The notes below the pieces were generated by a model, which did not search any database, had not been told where the DNA came from, and was given only the letters and a program-made list of their open reading frames with translations. From Pseudomonadota bacterium (lineage in GTDB: Bacteria; Bdellovibrionota_B; Oligoflexia; Oligoflexales; CAIMVM01), in NCBI GenBank assembly GCA_037142195.1, contig JBAXBA010000028.1, forward strand, positions 1 through 42,827: a DNA stretch of 42,827 nucleotides, given 5' to 3'. Each line of letters begins with the position of its first letter. Position 1 is the stretch's first letter. Made by a program: the position numbers and the translations under genes. This document shows, in pieces, positions 1 through 8,678 of this stretch.

Positions 1-365
1 CTTAAAGCAGGAGACTGAGGTAAGCCATGGAATTTTTCCCTCATCAGCGCTCGCAAGTAGAGGCCAGAACCTCCGACAACAATCGGGAGTATTCCCATAG
101 ATTGAAGCTCTTTAATTTTTGCTAAGGCCAAATCGCCATAACGCGAGGCATCGAGCTCTTCTTCGGGATCTAAAATATCGATGAGATGATGAGGGACTAA
201 TTTTCTGTCATCCAGGCTAGGTTTTGCTGTGCCAATATCAAATCTTCGGTACATGGCCACGGAATCGGCATTAACAATCTCGCCATTGAAGTCTTGGGCA
301 ATTTTTATGGCTAAGGCGCTTTTGCCACTTGCTGTTGGACCACCAATAACTAGAAAAGGAGTCAT
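1..365 (-). CDS. miaA: tRNA dimethylallyltransferase, N-terminal part (runs off window start)
   Basis: Manual translation from ATG at 365: MTPFLVIGGPTASGKSALAIKIAQDFNGEIVNADSVAMYRRFDIGTAKPS...PHHLIDILDP...VVGGSGLYLRAL. The GPTASGKS, DS and IGTAKP motifs are present. The start directly abuts the mgtE stop (TAAATG). Not in the ORF track. Confidence 0.97.
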   Translation of the reverse strand, partial: MTPFLVIGGPTASGKSALAIKIAQDFNGEIVNADSVAMYRRFDIGTAKPSLDDRKLVPHHLIDILDPEEELDASRYGDLALAKIKELQSMGILPIVVGGSGLYLRALMREKFHGLPQSPAL

Positions 366-1688
366 TTAAAGCCCTAAAACCATTTTAGCGACACTGAAAT
401 AAATGATCAGTCCTGTAACATCAACAAGTGTCGCAACTAGCGGTGCGGAAGCTGCAGCAGGATCGAGTTTGATGGACTTTAACAAGAAAGGAAGCATGGC
501 GCCTAAGAGGTTACCCCAAAGAACAACACCGGTAACTGCAGCCGACACGGCTATTGCTAGGATATGATATTCTTGGCCGTAGACTCCCCTTGCATTGGGG
601 TAGAAACTGATTCTAAGCCAAACCAACGCAGCAAGTATAGCGCCAAGCGCAAGTCCACAGAATATTTCTCTTAAAAAAACTCTGATCCAATTATTTAGCC
701 TCAAGTCCCCTAAAGCCAACGCCCGCATGATGAGAGATGTAGCCTGAGAGCCAGAGTTTCCTCCCGCGCTGATGATTAAGGGAATAAACATGGCGAGAAC
801 GACGGCTTTTTCAAGCTCATTTTCAAAAATCCGCATTGCGGAGGCGGTAAACATTTCACCGACAAATAAGATACTTAGCCAAAAAGCTCTTTTTTTAATG
901 AGGTTAAAGAGTGGCACTTGTAAATATCCAGATTCAAGAGATTCCACACCGCCCATTTTTTGCATATCTTCAGTGGCATCTTCTGTCACTACGTCTAAAA
1001 CATCGTCAAGGGTGATGATTCCCTGCATAAGTCCCTGATGATCAATAACTGGTATAGCAGCTAAACCTGTCTGACTAAAAAGACGAGAAATTTCTTCTTG
1101 ATCCATATTAATGGGCACGCTGATTATGTCGCTTTCCATAATATCGTTAATGATGGCATTATTTGGTGCCATGATAAGATCGCGAAAGGAAAGGACACCT
1201 AAAAGCTTTTGATGAATATCAAGAACATACAGGTAGTGAATGGTTTCGATGGGACGTTTTGATTGAGCACGTAGATAACGAATGGCAACGTCAACCGAGA
1301 CATCAGGCCGGAGACGTATAAATCTAGGGCTCATCAATCCGCCGGCCTCATCCTCTTGATAAGCCAATAATGCGGTTAATTCTTTGCAGGTGACTGCGTC
1401 TAGGGAGCCTAGGATTTCTGAACGACGTTCTGCTTCAAAATGTTGAAGTAAATCCACTGCGTCGTCTGGGTCCAGCTTCTTTACTAGATCTCGTAAGATC
1501 TGAACGGGTTTCTCTTCAACAAGTTCAAATTGATCACCAGCGTTTAATGTCGTAAACAGTTCTTCAGCGTCGTCTCGCCCCAACTTCTCGAATTCGTCCA
1601 GTCTAAGTGCTGATGGGAGAGATGCCCAACGCTGGATGAGAGAGTCGACTTTTGATTCAACCGCGGCCTCATTTATAGATTCATTCAT
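366..1688 (-). CDS. mgtE: Magnesium transporter MgtE
   Basis: MgtE N-domain, paired CBS domains (AGGLM...GIITLDD) and TM domain with FIPLIISAGGNSGSQA and DPAAASAPLVATLVDVTG. Confidence 0.96.
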   Translation of the reverse strand: MNESINEAAVESKVDSLIQRWASLPSALRLDEFEKLGRDDAEELFTTLNAGDQFELVEEKPVQILRDLVKKLDPDDAVDLLQHFEAERRSEILGSLDAVTCKELTALLAYQEDEAGGLMSPRFIRLRPDVSVDVAIRYLRAQSKRPIETIHYLYVLDIHQKLLGVLSFRDLIMAPNNAIINDIMESDIISVPINMDQEEISRLFSQTGLAAIPVIDHQGLMQGIITLDDVLDVVTEDATEDMQKMGGVESLESGYLQVPLFNLIKKRAFWLSILFVGEMFTASAMRIFENELEKAVVLAMFIPLIISAGGNSGSQATSLIMRALALGDLRLNNWIRVFLREIFCGLALGAILAALVWLRISFYPNARGVYGQEYHILAIAVSAAVTGVVLWGNLLGAMLPFLLKSIKLDPAAASAPLVATLVDVTGLIIYFSVAKMVLGL

Positions 1689-1870
1689 GGTTAGTCTCGT
1701 TTCTTAATATCTGCGTAGGGCGGTGACTTCTCTATATTCTATCTGAAGAGCATCATAACAGGAACTTTATATAAATTTAGATCACTATAGAATCAATGAA
1801 AACTAACGGAAGCTAGGAAGTCTTTTTAGGGGCCTTTTTGTCCACTCAGAATTAAGGTATTAAGATCCGA

Positions 1871-3901
1871 TTATCGATCGAACCAGGACCCAACATCCTT
1901 TTCATCAAACCATCTAAATACGCGCCTTCCGTGGGGACAGTTGTGATAAAAATCTACTTCCGATGCCTGGCTTAAGAGATCTCGGATTCCGTTTTCAGTA
2001 AGGTCTTCACCCGACCTAACGGCGGTATGGCAGGCGATAGTTTCAAGGACTTCAGAGCTTATATCCGATGACATAGAGTCATGATGGGACCAGGACTTTT
2101 CAGAAAGTTCAGCTAAAAGCGCCTCTTTATTGGCGTTTACAAGGATTGATGGGAGAGCATTGAGCTCCACCGTGCCATTTGTCCAAATTTTCAAGTCAAA
2201 GCCAAGGTCTTTCCATTTGCTGAGATTCTGCTCTAGGCTCGCTGCTTCTTCGGGAGAGAGCGTGTAGACTTCTGGAATTATCAAGGGTTGAACTGTTTTT
2301 AAAAGTTTAGGGTCATGGCTGAGTTTTTCAAAAAGGATTCTTTCATGAAACGCATGCTGATCGGCGAGCAATAGCTTCTTTTGATACTCAAAAATGAGGT
2401 AGCACTTAGCAAAAGTTCCGATGTAGGTGAGGTCCGCCCACGGGATAGCGCCGGCCTTTTTGTCTTTCTCGAAAAGCTCCCGCCCAGGCTTCCAAGTGGT
2501 TGCTTTAGGTGAGGAAGAAGCCTCTAACGGGCTGGGGGAGGTGTCCCTGCGGTCTACATAGGTTTGAGAAGATGCTTGGTTGGCGTAAGATGAGCCATCA
2601 TAGGATTTAAGTGATACTTTAGTCTCTGTGGTTTTTCGCCAGGGAGTGGCTTGTGAAGTCGTCGCAATATCAAAGTCTTTGCTAAATGACTGATGGGAAA
2701 TGGGGCTTGAGAAATCTCTGGATTTGGAAGATGGAATGTCATTTCCGAAATCTTCACCTACGAAACGCCCCAAAGGGGCTCTATAAGAAGATGCCTGGAA
2801 GTCTGCATGGGCTTCGTTTTCAGTCCCAGCAGCTGTGACGGCGGGGGGGGGCACAGTTGATGGGCTGGACTCCGAGTATTGGGGTGCAGCCCAATCCGCA
2901 TCGCGAATGGCTTTTCTAATCGCAAGGGAAATTAGGGATTGCACGTCTTCAGGGTACTGAAAGCGAATTTCTGTCTTTGCCGGATGGGCATTGACGTCGA
3001 CCAAGGAAGGGTCCATGACGACTTGTATAATCGCAACGGGCTGTCGCCCTTTTAAAAGGTGTCCGTGGTAGCCACGCTGAAGAGCAAAACGTAATATTTT
3101 ATCTTTAACCAGCCTGTGGTTGACAAAGGTATAGATGTTTCGAGCTGTGGAGCGATCGAGTCCAGGAGGGCTAATCAGACCCGTAACTTGGCCAAAGGAG
3201 GTTTCGTCTTTTATAAACAACAGTTGATCGACATCTTCGATGATTTGCTTGGCACGGGCTCGGAGGGTTGATTCTGTATCTGAAAGGGCAATCTTTTCTG
3301 CCTGGAGCACGTATTTTCCGTTACTCATGGCACTAAAGGAAACCGCCGGATTACAAAGTGCTATATTTTGGATGAGTTCTAGGCAAGCCGCTGATTCTGA
3401 GGTCGATTTTCTCAAAAAGTTAAGTCGTGCCGGTACATTATAGAAGAGGTCTTCCATGATGACCGTCGTACCGACGGGCCCAGACCACGGCGAAATTTTA
3501 GGCGATAGAAGATCATAATCTGAAAGGACCTGCAGTTTTGAGCCTTCGCCATTTGGTGGCTGCGTCAGGATCGTAAACTTGGAAACACTGGCGATACTTG
3601 CAAGAGCTTCGCCCCTAAAACCCATCGTTTTTATAGTAAAAAGATCATCCGCAGTTTTGATTTTGGATGTGGCATGTCTAATTATAGTTCTAGGCATATC
3701 GAGTCTATCTATGCCTGCACCATCATCTCTCACAGAAAGACGAGTCATACCACCTGCATCCCATTCCACATCAATGCGGGTGGCGCCAGCGTCAATGCTG
3801 TTCTCAATGAGCTCTTTTAAAACGCTTGCAGGGCGTTCCACAACTTCGCCGGCAGCGATTTTAGATGCGACTTCGTCACTTAAAATCTCAATTCTTGTCA
3901 T
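1871..3901 (-). CDS. mutL: DNA mismatch repair endonuclease MutL
   Basis: IAAGEVVERPASVLKELIENSIDAGA, GFRGEALASI, DVNAHPAKTE, and C-terminal DQHAFHER, ACHTAVR and CPHGR endonuclease motifs. Start placed at ATG 3901 (MTRIEIL) after GGAG; the ORF track extends to 3952. Confidence 0.97.
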   Translation of the reverse strand: MTRIEILSDEVASKIAAGEVVERPASVLKELIENSIDAGATRIDVEWDAGGMTRLSVRDDGAGIDRLDMPRTIIRHATSKIKTADDLFTIKTMGFRGEALASIASVSKFTILTQPPNGEGSKLQVLSDYDLLSPKISPWSGPVGTTVIMEDLFYNVPARLNFLRKSTSESAACLELIQNIALCNPAVSFSAMSNGKYVLQAEKIALSDTESTLRARAKQIIEDVDQLLFIKDETSFGQVTGLISPPGLDRSTARNIYTFVNHRLVKDKILRFALQRGYHGHLLKGRQPVAIIQVVMDPSLVDVNAHPAKTEIRFQYPEDVQSLISLAIRKAIRDADWAAPQYSESSPSTVPPPAVTAAGTENEAHADFQASSYRAPLGRFVGEDFGNDIPSSKSRDFSSPISHQSFSKDFDIATTSQATPWRKTTETKVSLKSYDGSSYANQASSQTYVDRRDTSPSPLEASSSPKATTWKPGRELFEKDKKAGAIPWADLTYIGTFAKCYLIFEYQKKLLLADQHAFHERILFEKLSHDPKLLKTVQPLIIPEVYTLSPEEAASLEQNLSKWKDLGFDLKIWTNGTVELNALPSILVNANKEALLAELSEKSWSHHDSMSSDISSEVLETIACHTAVRSGEDLTENGIRDLLSQASEVDFYHNCPHGRRVFRWFDEKDVGSWFDR

Positions 3902-4414
3902 CGCTACTCCCATTACCGAAGGATGCGTTCTTTTATCATAGGATGAAGTCATGTTTAAGCCCTAAAGCTTCCGAAGCTCTGAGAAGAGGCTAGGGCTGCG
4001 GCAGTCCCTAAATGTGTCTATTTCTAGCTCAGTCACTAAGAATACCAAATGAGCGCCAGAATCCTCTTTGGAACACGGAAAGGTCAAAGTTCTTTAGCAT
4101 TGCAGGTTCAGCTCAAGGGGACTTCTAAACGAGGAGAGATGAGAAGATGGGTCTCTTTCAGGCGCATTCCAGGCACTCCCCGCGTGAGGCATTTGGTATT
4201 TCCCTACAAGAATTGTCAAAAGCCAGGTGATGGAGAGGCAAAATGAATGGTTAGGGTCCGGCCAAAGTGCCAAATAATTAGCTGGTTACAAAATTTAAAG
4301 AGGTAGGTCTTGCTACGTCAGTCCACTTCTTGATAGGAAGTCTCGGCAGTTATGTAAGTTCGAAGCCTCTCTTGATTCTAGAGGCACATTTATTAGAAAA
4401 GGCTTTGTTAAGCT

Positions 4415-5017
4415 ATGGATGCCAAATATATAACCAGTGCTGCCAAAATGGATCAGTTACCGGCCTATGAGCTGCCGGAAGTCGCCTTTATCGGCAGGTC
4501 GAATGTGGGTAAGTCTTCACTGTTGAATTCCCTGATGCAGCGCAAGAGTTTGGCGCGCACCAGCTCGACCCCCGGTCGAACTCAAATGGTAAACTTTTTT
4601 CTTTTGAACCAAAAAATTATCTTTGCCGACTTACCAGGCTATGGCTTCCATGAGGCTCCGACCGAAATTCGAAATCATTGGCATTCTTTAATGGACGCTT
4701 ACTGCGAGCGACCCAATGTTAAGCTCTTTTTATACCTTTTGGATATTAGACGTGAGACCGAGGACTACGAGTTCGACTTTATGGATCAATTGGGAAAGTT
4801 TGCTCCCGTGATGATCGTATTAACTAAAGTGGACAAGTTAGGCGTAAAAGAATTCGAAAAAAGAAAAGCATCCCTGTTAACCCAGATTCAGGAGCAGGGT
4901 GTGCCTAATGACGGTATCTTTGCAGTTTCCTCTTTTAAAGGTGGCGGGATCGATTCCCTAAGATCCGAAATCATGAAGTTAAATGACCCGCAACAAAACC
5001 TATCTCCTCAAAAGTAA
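4415..5017 (+). CDS. engB: Ribosome biogenesis GTPase EngB/YihA/YsxC
   Basis: PEVAFIGRSNVGKSSLLN, TPGRTQ, DLPGYG and TKVD G-motifs. Confidence 0.96.
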   Translation: MDAKYITSAAKMDQLPAYELPEVAFIGRSNVGKSSLLNSLMQRKSLARTSSTPGRTQMVNFFLLNQKIIFADLPGYGFHEAPTEIRNHWHSLMDAYCERPNVKLFLYLLDIRRETEDYEFDFMDQLGKFAPVMIVLTKVDKLGVKEFEKRKASLLTQIQEQGVPNDGIFAVSSFKGGGIDSLRSEIMKLNDPQQNLSPQK

Positions 5018-5189
5018 ATTCGAATATGAGAATTACTTAGTTTCAAAATTTCATGAACAAGAATTCGAGGTTTTAGGCTCCTGCTTACGCAGAGGGCCCA
5101 TGCATGGCTCATGGGTCAGAATCCTGGGCTTTAATGGGCCTCATTGCTCATTCCAAAGGCTTTCATTAAGGCTCTCGACTGTAAATTAC

Positions 5190-5254
5190 TTGCAATCGAG
5201 TATCTTATCAGTAAACTGATAAATAGTCGCGACTAATTATCAGTTTACTGATGA
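5190..5254 (+). promoter_or_regulatory. Putative promoter overlapped by a double palindromic operator
   Basis: TTGCAA (5190-5195), 16 nt, TAAACT (5212-5217). Boxes TTATCAGT-aa-ACTGATAA (5205-5222) and TTATCAGT-tt-ACTGATGA (5237-5254) lie just upstream of the ATG at 5267. Confidence 0.6.
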
Positions 5255-5266
5255 AAGTACATCTCC

Positions 5267-6451
5267 ATGAATCATAAAAAAATCCAACGATATCTTCAAG
5301 ATGCGATTTATAGTGACGCCTTATTGCATGGAAAAATGGCCTTCATTTCCGGTCCTAGACAGTCGGGCAAATCAACCTTAGGACGTGCTCTATTGAGTTC
5401 CACTGAGAACGAATTCAATTGGGATCAGTCTCGATTTCGATTGGCTTGGGTTAAGGATCCAGAAGCCTCGCTCCAAGGTCGATCCGATGGTCCTGTGCTA
5501 TTGGATGAAATTCACAAAGACAGACGTTGGAAGCAGCGGTTGAAAGGATTGTACGACATTCAAGGGGAGAACCTGCCCATTATCGTTACAGGCAGTGCCC
5601 GGCTTGATTATTATCGGAAAGGTGGCGACAGCCTCCTTGGTAGATATCTGCCTTATCGCCTTCACCCCTTCTCTATAGGTGAGACAGCGACTCCGCCGAC
5701 CCCTGAAAATTGGATGGAACGTCCGGTAAAGTTGACATTTCCTTTAGATGATATTGTGCGACTCACGGGTTTTCCCGAGCCCCTGCTGCGTGGTAGCGAA
5801 GGACATGCCAAACGTTGGAGCCGGTTACGGATAGAAAGGCTCCTGAACGAAGATGTTCGTGACTTTCGGAATGTGGGTGATTTGAATGCTTTGCGTATTC
5901 TGGTGGATTTGCTCCCAGGGAAAGTTGGGTCGCAGCTTTCTGTCAATAGCCTGCGAGAAGACGTTGGTGTAGCCTATGGGACAGTTCGTGATTGGATGCT
6001 GGTATTGGAGGCTCTGTACATTTGCTTCACTATCCGTCCTTATTCAGGCAAGTTAAAACGCAGCCTCACAGCCGAACCGAAGCTTTATCTCTACGACTAT
6101 TCCATGGTTGATAATCATGGCGCCAAGCTGGAAAATCTGTGTGCATGTCATCTTTTGAAGATGTGTCAATACTGGACCGACCTAGCTATGGGTGAGTTTT
6201 CGCTGCACTATTTTCGCAATAAAGAAAAAGAAGAGATTGATTTTATAGTCACACGCGATCAATCCCCTTGGATGCTTTTGGAGTGCAAATCTGGAAAATC
6301 GGAACCAACCCAAGTGCTTAAGAAATACAATGAAATTTTCAAACCCAAATTTTGTTTTCAGCTTGTCGATAAGCGTGGTTTTGAAAAGAACTATCCGGCT
6401 TTTGGAATAAGGGTTATGGACTATGAAACATTCTTTGCGCGTCTTGTTTAG
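5267..6451 (+). CDS. AAA_14-type ATPase with DUF4143 / PD-(D/E)xK C-terminal domain
   Basis: Walker A GPRQSGKS, Walker B LLDEIH, VTGSA, GFPE, PKLYLYD, LEN, and YFRNKEKEEIDF...LECK at the C-terminus. Confidence 0.9.
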   Translation: MNHKKIQRYLQDAIYSDALLHGKMAFISGPRQSGKSTLGRALLSSTENEFNWDQSRFRLAWVKDPEASLQGRSDGPVLLDEIHKDRRWKQRLKGLYDIQGENLPIIVTGSARLDYYRKGGDSLLGRYLPYRLHPFSIGETATPPTPENWMERPVKLTFPLDDIVRLTGFPEPLLRGSEGHAKRWSRLRIERLLNEDVRDFRNVGDLNALRILVDLLPGKVGSQLSVNSLREDVGVAYGTVRDWMLVLEALYICFTIRPYSGKLKRSLTAEPKLYLYDYSMVDNHGAKLENLCACHLLKMCQYWTDLAMGEFSLHYFRNKEKEEIDFIVTRDQSPWMLLECKSGKSEPTQVLKKYNEIFKPKFCFQLVDKRGFEKNYPAFGIRVMDYETFFARLV

Positions 6452-6784
6452 GATTTCTATAGAGCGTGGATGCTCCCCGCCATCCCAGCTGATTGTATTA
6501 TAAGTGTGAGGCCGTGGCCTTAAAGTCCGCTGAAAATGACTACAATATAGATTCAAAATTATTGGGTGCACCGCCCATGTTGCCGACCAAACGGTAGCCC
6601 AATCTCAAATGAGCGGTAGTTTTCTACGAGCCATGTTAGGTTAGCAGTAGTAAAAAAGTTGACTCCTGCTTTCGCCCGAATAGCGATGACACCTCCTATT
6701 ATGCGGCAAAATCCGCGAGCTGAGCCTAAAAGAATTCGATGACCTAACGGCTGGTTTAAATCATGGGAGCTTTAGGCGGCATGA

Positions 6785-8053
6785 TCAATGACACCATCTA
6801 GAAAATGCCAGTTTCGCACTATATTTGAGATATAACACTCTGCACATCGATGGTGCCAGGTAGGCAACAGCTAAGGTCAGGATGGGTGTTTGCAGATAGC
6901 TCCCCATTATAAGCAGTGGAATGGTGACACACAGTGTCCCCAAAATGTCGGTACTTGCTCCGATGTGAGAATGTTCTGCAACTTTAAGAATCGCTGTGTC
7001 GCGCAAGCTGTGGATGCCAATGAGGTGCGCAGCAAAAGGCGCAAGTGTAAAAAAAATTGTGGTTCCATCATTAGGCATACCTAGACTCGCAATTACGATC
7101 CCACCTAGTATGAGGCAGAGTGATGTTACAGTCACAGTTAAGTTATGCTCAAATTTGCCTGCGTCCTCTAAACTTACTTTTTTTGTGCCCACAGCCTGAC
7201 CGATAGCTTGCACTGTCAGGGAGCCTGCCGCAGCCCACGGAGTTAAAAAGATTCTTCCAAGTCGATAGCCTAAGGCCGAAGCATTTGCTACCTGGACCGA
7301 ATAGAACGAATTCATGATATACATAATTACAAATGGGGTGGCGCTCAATGCTATGATCCACAAAGACTCACCTAGGATGATCCTGCGCCCCGTTCGAAGA
7401 AAACCCGGAATGTCGATCACAGCTGGCGGACAAAACTTAACTATTCTATAAACGCAGATGATCACTGCAGCTATTTTTGATGCTAGGGTAGCCCACGCAA
7501 TGATCGTGAAGGTTGCGCCATCACTTTGACCATAGTTGATAGCGTACTCATTTCCGCAAAGGTTAATGATGGCGCTAGCAGCTGCGACGAGAAGTATCCC
7601 TTTTCTGTCCTTAAATAGGTTGAGCACACTGGCGCCCGCAGCTAAAAAAATGGACATACCATTAGCTGCTATATATAATGTCACATACTGATCTTTTCCC
7701 GGGATCCCATCGAAGGATCGAAACATAAATTGAGAGCAGAGCATTTGGATTAGCATAGCTGGTAATGCAAGACTAGCAGTCAAGCATATTCCAGACCATA
7801 CATTTAGGTTTGTCTTTTCTTCATTTTTGCTTGATAGCAGTAGTATGGAAAATCCAAGAATACTGCCTATCGAAGCAAATGCCATAGACATTGTGCTCAC
7901 GCAATTATGTAGATTTAAATAAAAATGGCCCAACTTCCCTGTGTAGTACTGATCTATGATTTCGCTCGATTGCGAAATTAGAGCAGCGAGACTCAATGCC
8001 GCAATAGAAGCCAATAGTACCTGAGTTTTTTCTTGCAATTTTGCATTTAGCAT
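6785..8053 (-). CDS. Divergent MATE/MOP-superfamily-like exporter (about 12 TM)
   Basis: Highly hydrophobic 422 aa. IIDQYYTGKLG resembles the MATE TM1 motif (D...G.LG); IINLCGN and IGQAVG resemble the MATE N.I.D and GQ..G motifs. The start overlaps the upstream stop (TAATG). Confidence 0.65.
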   Translation of the reverse strand: MLNAKLQEKTQVLLASIAALSLAALISQSSEIIDQYYTGKLGHFYLNLHNCVSTMSMAFASIGSILGFSILLLSSKNEEKTNLNVWSGICLTASLALPAMLIQMLCSQFMFRSFDGIPGKDQYVTLYIAANGMSIFLAAGASVLNLFKDRKGILLVAAASAIINLCGNEYAINYGQSDGATFTIIAWATLASKIAAVIICVYRIVKFCPPAVIDIPGFLRTGRRIILGESLWIIALSATPFVIMYIMNSFYSVQVANASALGYRLGRIFLTPWAAAGSLTVQAIGQAVGTKKVSLEDAGKFEHNLTVTVTSLCLILGGIVIASLGMPNDGTTIFFTLAPFAAHLIGIHSLRDTAILKVAEHSHIGASTDILGTLCVTIPLLIMGSYLQTPILTLAVAYLAPSMCRVLYLKYSAKLAFSRWCH

Positions 8054-8409
8054 TACATAAGCTCCGGAAAATGCTTAGCGACTAATTTGACTGTAGTCTG
8101 GAAAGGTTCTAGAGAGGATTTTTTCGAGGAAGGCGAGTGATGCATGTATTCACCAAATAGAGCTTTGCAGTCGGCGAAATATTTTTGGGTATCCAAAATA
8201 TGCTCATGCCAAAAACTGTCGATGATGTCCGTTGGACTTAAGGTCTGAAGGGGGTAGCTTATTTTAAGCCAAAGGAAGCTTTTGTATAGGTCTCTGATTT
8301 CTGAGACGTTCCTACTACTTAAATTAAGGTGCTTATGTGTAGATTTGAAACGACTGCAGACTGTAGAAAGATCTAGATCATCAAGTTTTTCATGTCCTGT
8401 TTTAAACAT
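8053..8409 (-). CDS. Small GRDP-like (DUF1399-type) protein
   Basis: Motif Y..FL.LK...P.....PT..ID.FWH.HILDT.KY..DC..LFG.YMHH.P is typical of bacterial glycine-rich-domain-like proteins. Likely start ATG 8409 after GAGG; the ORF track starts at 8421. Confidence 0.8.
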   Translation of the reverse strand: MFKTGHEKLDDLDLSTVCSRFKSTHKHLNLSSRNVSEIRDLYKSFLWLKISYPLQTLSPTDIIDSFWHEHILDTQKYFADCKALFGEYMHHSPSSKKSSLEPFQTTVKLVAKHFPELM

Positions 8410-8438
8410 TATTTTCCTCATTCATTGCAAGAAGATTT

Positions 8439-8475
8439 AAAAAAAACGGAGCGTTGATCGCTCAAGGCCCCGTTT
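8439..8475 (-). terminator. Intrinsic terminator / attenuator hairpin between the small peptide and the GRDP-like gene
   Basis: Minus strand: AAACGGGGC-C-TTGA-GCGA-TCAA-C-GCTCCG followed by 8 T; GNRA tetraloop. Confidence 0.7.
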
Positions 8476-8564
8476 GCCTCACTTAGATTTAAATCTTTCC
8501 ATCGAGCTACTTAAATGTCTGTTCTGATGAAGTTCCTAAAATAAGTAGCTCAGGAATCAGCTAA

Positions 8565-8678
8565 TTACTCGCCTGGGCGATAGAAGCAAGTTGCTTGCAC
8601 GCCTTGAGACCAAGAAAAACGCTTTGCTTTGTTCTTTACCGTGTGTTGGGCATGATCGTTCTTTTTTTTCTGTAGCAT
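8565..8678 (-). CDS. Unannotated 37-aa peptide (candidate precursor or leader peptide)
   Basis: AAGGAG-tatttt-ATG; translation MLQKKKNDHAQHTVKNKAKRFSWSQGVQATCFYRPGE*. Followed by a 10-bp stem (GAGCTACTTA/TAAGTAGCTC) and a terminator. Confidence 0.6.
   Translation of the reverse strand: MLQKKKNDHAQHTVKNKAKRFSWSQGVQATCFYRPGE

Noticed and set aside
4049..4246. 65-aa ORF between mutL and engB
   Set aside because: No recognisable motif or RBS; lies in a divergent promoter region.
6550..6572. GATTCAAAATTATTGGGTGCACC, resembling a tRNA 3' end or att remnant
   Set aside because: The T-stem does not pair, there is no cloverleaf or CCA, and no integrase is present; too weak to call.
6630..6780. GTTAGGT / ACCTAAC motifs suggestive of an integron attC
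   Set aside because: The cores are in the wrong order (GTT before AAC), there are no L boxes, and no integrase or cassette array is present.
8565..8600. AgrD-like autoinducer reading of ATCFYRPGE
   Set aside because: The Cys-to-Pro spacing is too short for the usual five-residue thiolactone, there is no amphipathic leader, and no AgrB or cognate kinase is nearby.
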